A stretch of 64,000 nucleotides of DNA, taken from positions 544,001 through 608,000 of the forward strand of contig CAXXSL010000013.1 of NCBI GenBank assembly GCA_963675525.2. The letters run 5' to 3'. The notes under the pieces were generated by a model. The model had not been told where the DNA came from, did no database searches, and saw only the letters and a program-made list of their open reading frames with translations. The stretch is from Anaerohalosphaeraceae bacterium (lineage in GTDB: Bacteria > Planctomycetota > Phycisphaerae > Sedimentisphaerales > Anaerohalosphaeraceae). Positions 61,529 to 64,000 of the stretch are shown here, piece by piece (the stretch's first letter is position 1; every line of letters starts with the position of its first letter). The translations under genes and the position numbers were made by a program.

Positions 61529-61687
61529 ATGGGTCGAGGCGACAAGAGAACCGAAAAAGGCAAACGGACACGCGGATCATACGGTAAATCCAGAGACAAA
61601 AGCAAATTGAAAGCGCGCGCCATTGCCGCCAAAGCCGCTCCGAAAAAAGAAACGCCTGCTGAAGCTGCACCCGAAGCAACGGCATAA
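61529..61687 (+). CDS. 30S ribosomal protein bTHX (bS31)
   Basis: Below the ORF-track cutoff. MGRGDKRTEKGKRTRGSYGKSR... matches the THX pattern MG.GD..T..GK...GSYG..R; upstream TTGCAT-N16-TACAAT. Confidence 0.85.
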   Translation: MGRGDKRTEKGKRTRGSYGKSRDKSKLKARAIAAKAAPKKETPAEAAPEATA

Positions 61688-61894
61688 TCCGTTTTTAACA
61701 CGATAACTCTGACCAGGCCTCCTCTCGCTTTGCGCTGAAAGGGGGCTTGTTTTTATGTCTGTTAAAAGCTGCTTTAATTGGGTGGCATGGCTTGTCCCGA
61801 CGAGCCGGGAAGCCATGGGCGATTCACACAAGGTAATCGTCTTCTTAAGCCCCCATCGCTTTGGCCTTCGGCCAGAAGCGATGCCACCCAAGGA

Positions 61895-63049
61895 ATGAAG
61901 AAAATGAAATATGATTTAAATACACTGCAAACGCCCTGTTATCTGATCGACCTAGGGCTGTTGAAAAAGAACCTGCAAATCCTTCAGGACGTACAGGTCC
62001 GCACCGGCTGTAAAATTCTGCTGGCCCAAAAAGGCTATGCCGCATGGAGCACATACAACCTGTGCAATCAATACTTAGCAGGCGCTGCCGCCAGCAGCCT
62101 GCACGAAGCCAGACTGGCTCACGAATATTTCGGCGGCGAACTGCACCTGTGCACCCCGGCCTATCGCAACGACGATATGGATGAATACATCAGGATCGTC
62201 GACCACATCGTGTTCAACTCGTTTACCCTGTGGGCCCGTTTCAAAGACAAGGTCAAAACCGCTCCGAGAAAAATCGAATGCGGGCTTCGCATCAATCCCA
62301 TGCATTCAGAAGTCAAAACAAAGATCTACGACCCTTGCGCCCCCGGTTCCCGCCTGGGTATCCCACTGGATCAATTTCGGCCGGACCAGTTGGACGGTAT
62401 CAGCGGGCTGCATTTTCATACACTCTGCGAACTCAATGCCGATTCACTGGCGCGAACGCTGCCCGCGGTCGAACAACAATTCGGCGAAGTCATCCGTCAA
62501 ATGGACTGGATCAACTTCGGCGGCGGCCACCATATTACCCGCCCCGATTACGATATTGACCTGCTCTGCAAACTGATCACCGATTTCCAAAACCACTATC
62601 CGAATCTCAAAACAATCTATCTCGAACCCGGCGAAGCCATCGCGCTGGACACCGGCGTTCTGGTCACATCGGTGCTCGATATCATGCATAACAATACTGA
62701 TATCGCCATTTTAGACACCTCGGCTTCGGCTCACATGCCGGACGTGCTGGAAATGCCCTACCGCCCGGTGATTACCGGCGGTGGTCAACCCAATGAAAAG
62801 AAGTACACCTACCGTTTAGCCGGACCAACCTGTCTGGCCGGTGATGTCATCGGCGATTACTCCTTCGATAAACCGCTGACCGTCGGCGACAAACTCGTCT
62901 TGGGCGACATGGCCCACTACACGATGGTTAAAAACACCATGTTCAACGGCATCAATCTGCCGGATATTGTGCTGTACAACCCCGACACAAAAAAATATAA
63001 ACTCCAGCGGCGATTTACCTACAACGACTTCAAATCCCGTCTGTCCTGA
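61895..63049 (+). CDS. nspC: Carboxynorspermidine decarboxylase
   Basis: TPCY, LLAQKG, ASSLHEARL, GLRINP, YDPCAPGSRLG, GLHFHTLCE, HMPDVLEMPY, TCLAGD, HYTMVK..MFNG. Confidence 0.93.
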   Translation: MKKMKYDLNTLQTPCYLIDLGLLKKNLQILQDVQVRTGCKILLAQKGYAAWSTYNLCNQYLAGAAASSLHEARLAHEYFGGELHLCTPAYRNDDMDEYIRIVDHIVFNSFTLWARFKDKVKTAPRKIECGLRINPMHSEVKTKIYDPCAPGSRLGIPLDQFRPDQLDGISGLHFHTLCELNADSLARTLPAVEQQFGEVIRQMDWINFGGGHHITRPDYDIDLLCKLITDFQNHYPNLKTIYLEPGEAIALDTGVLVTSVLDIMHNNTDIAILDTSASAHMPDVLEMPYRPVITGGGQPNEKKYTYRLAGPTCLAGDVIGDYSFDKPLTVGDKLVLGDMAHYTMVKNTMFNGINLPDIVLYNPDTKKYKLQRRFTYNDFKSRLS

Positions 63050-63536
63050 ATTGTCCCGTCGTAATTTCGATCTATTTCAGCAACAACCAAAGACTCGCAA
63101 CAAGTCGATTAAAAAATGGCCGCACTTCCGTAATCTGAATATAAATTCTCTTTTATTAATTCGTATTATGGGACGTTCGGGGAAGTGTTCATGGAAATAA
63201 TAACAAGATGCTTTAAATTAATTTCATATTACCTCTGTATCACTGTCATTATTTATGCCGCCGTCTTTGACATTTTAAGCTGTTTCCTCGTAGATTCTTT
63301 TTTTTTATCGGACAATCCTTGCGGGCAATAAATAATAAAAGCAATTTTTGCTACCTCATGACATGTTTCTTAAGTTTTAGATATACGTAGATTTCAATAA
63401 AAATAACAGAATTCATGTACATGGTTAACCTATGTGATGTTTATGACGACGTTATGACGGATAACGCCCGACAGGTATCTGTCCCTGTTGGGCAGGGACT
63501 ATGACAGTGACAAGCGTAAACAAGGACACGTAATAC

Positions 63537-64000
63537 ATGATTCGTTTGAATAGCAGGAAAACTTGTCCAATCGGCATCGACTTGGGAAGCGGCTATATCC
63601 AATTAGCCCAAATCGGCATGACCAAACAGGGTCCGTACTTGCAGTCCGCCGGAATCTCCCACAAACCCATAGACATCGAACTCAACAGCCCTGCCTGGCA
63701 ACGATGGGCCATTGATGTCATTAGAGATATTGTTCAGAAAGAGAACTTCAAGGGAAAAGAGATCGTTACTGCCCTGCCGGCCAATGACCTGCTGATCGAA
63801 CCGATAAAAGTTCCCCGTTCCGCACTGAATCGCCTGGACCAACTTATTCCGCAAAAAATGCAAAAACGTCTTCCTTTCCCTGCAGAGAACGCGATTTATC
63901 AGCACGTCGTTGTAAATTACACAGAGACCAGTGCCGCAGAAGCAGATGTCCTGGCTATTGTTGCCGACCGCGAGACCGTCAACCGCCATCTGGCCATTTA
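63537..64000 (+). CDS. pilM: Type IV pilus assembly protein PilM-like (partial, runs off the window)
   Basis: MIRLNSRKTCPIGIDLGSGYIQLAQ...FKGKEIVTALP...RLPF actin-like ATPase N-terminus. Confidence 0.72.
   Translation, partial: MIRLNSRKTCPIGIDLGSGYIQLAQIGMTKQGPYLQSAGISHKPIDIELNSPAWQRWAIDVIRDIVQKENFKGKEIVTALPANDLLIEPIKVPRSALNRLDQLIPQKMQKRLPFPAENAIYQHVVVNYTETSAAEADVLAIVADRETVNRHLAI

Noticed and set aside
63603..63989. 128-aa minus-strand ORF
   Set aside because: Opposite the PilM-like frame starting at 63537, which has a recognisable IGIDLG motif.

Overview
A 64-kb chromosomal segment, inferred to come from a planctomycete of the class Phycisphaerae (Sedimentisphaerales-like). The basis is its PEP-CTERM proteins, many secreted proteins ending in dockerin-like 'AD.D..G.VD..D......WL' modules, glycoside hydrolases and RhaT/RhaM. 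Ordinary content: lacZ-type GH2 (partial), YbaK, TPM-domain pair, suhB, glpK, GH43, GH97, UroD-like, radical SAM, cmoA/cmoB, a two-component pair, ribosomal protein bTHX, nspC and pilM (partial). Two things stand out. (1) A phage head/DNA-packaging gene set (portal, scaffold, major capsid, connector-like protein, two small membrane proteins, large terminase) lies entirely on the minus strand with open reading frames, but is scattered over ~48 kb among unrelated host genes. No integrase, replication, lysin or canonical tail genes are seen. It is a candidate domesticated, GTA-like particle system. (2) A 13-19 kb cluster encodes signal-peptide-bearing proteins built from phage-tail/T6SS folds (Hcp tube domain, gp5/VgrG octapeptide repeats plus a C1q tip, beta-helices), three of which share an N-terminal GxLNPPGxPxxTM motif. 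Also seen: duplicated gene-end 'scars' around inserted genes, a REP-flanked tyrosine transposase, a His-to-Tyr histidine kinase, a candidate structured ncRNA upstream of the portal, and four single-base homopolymer frameshifts that may be sequencing errors. All family calls come from motif recognition by eye; no database searches were run.
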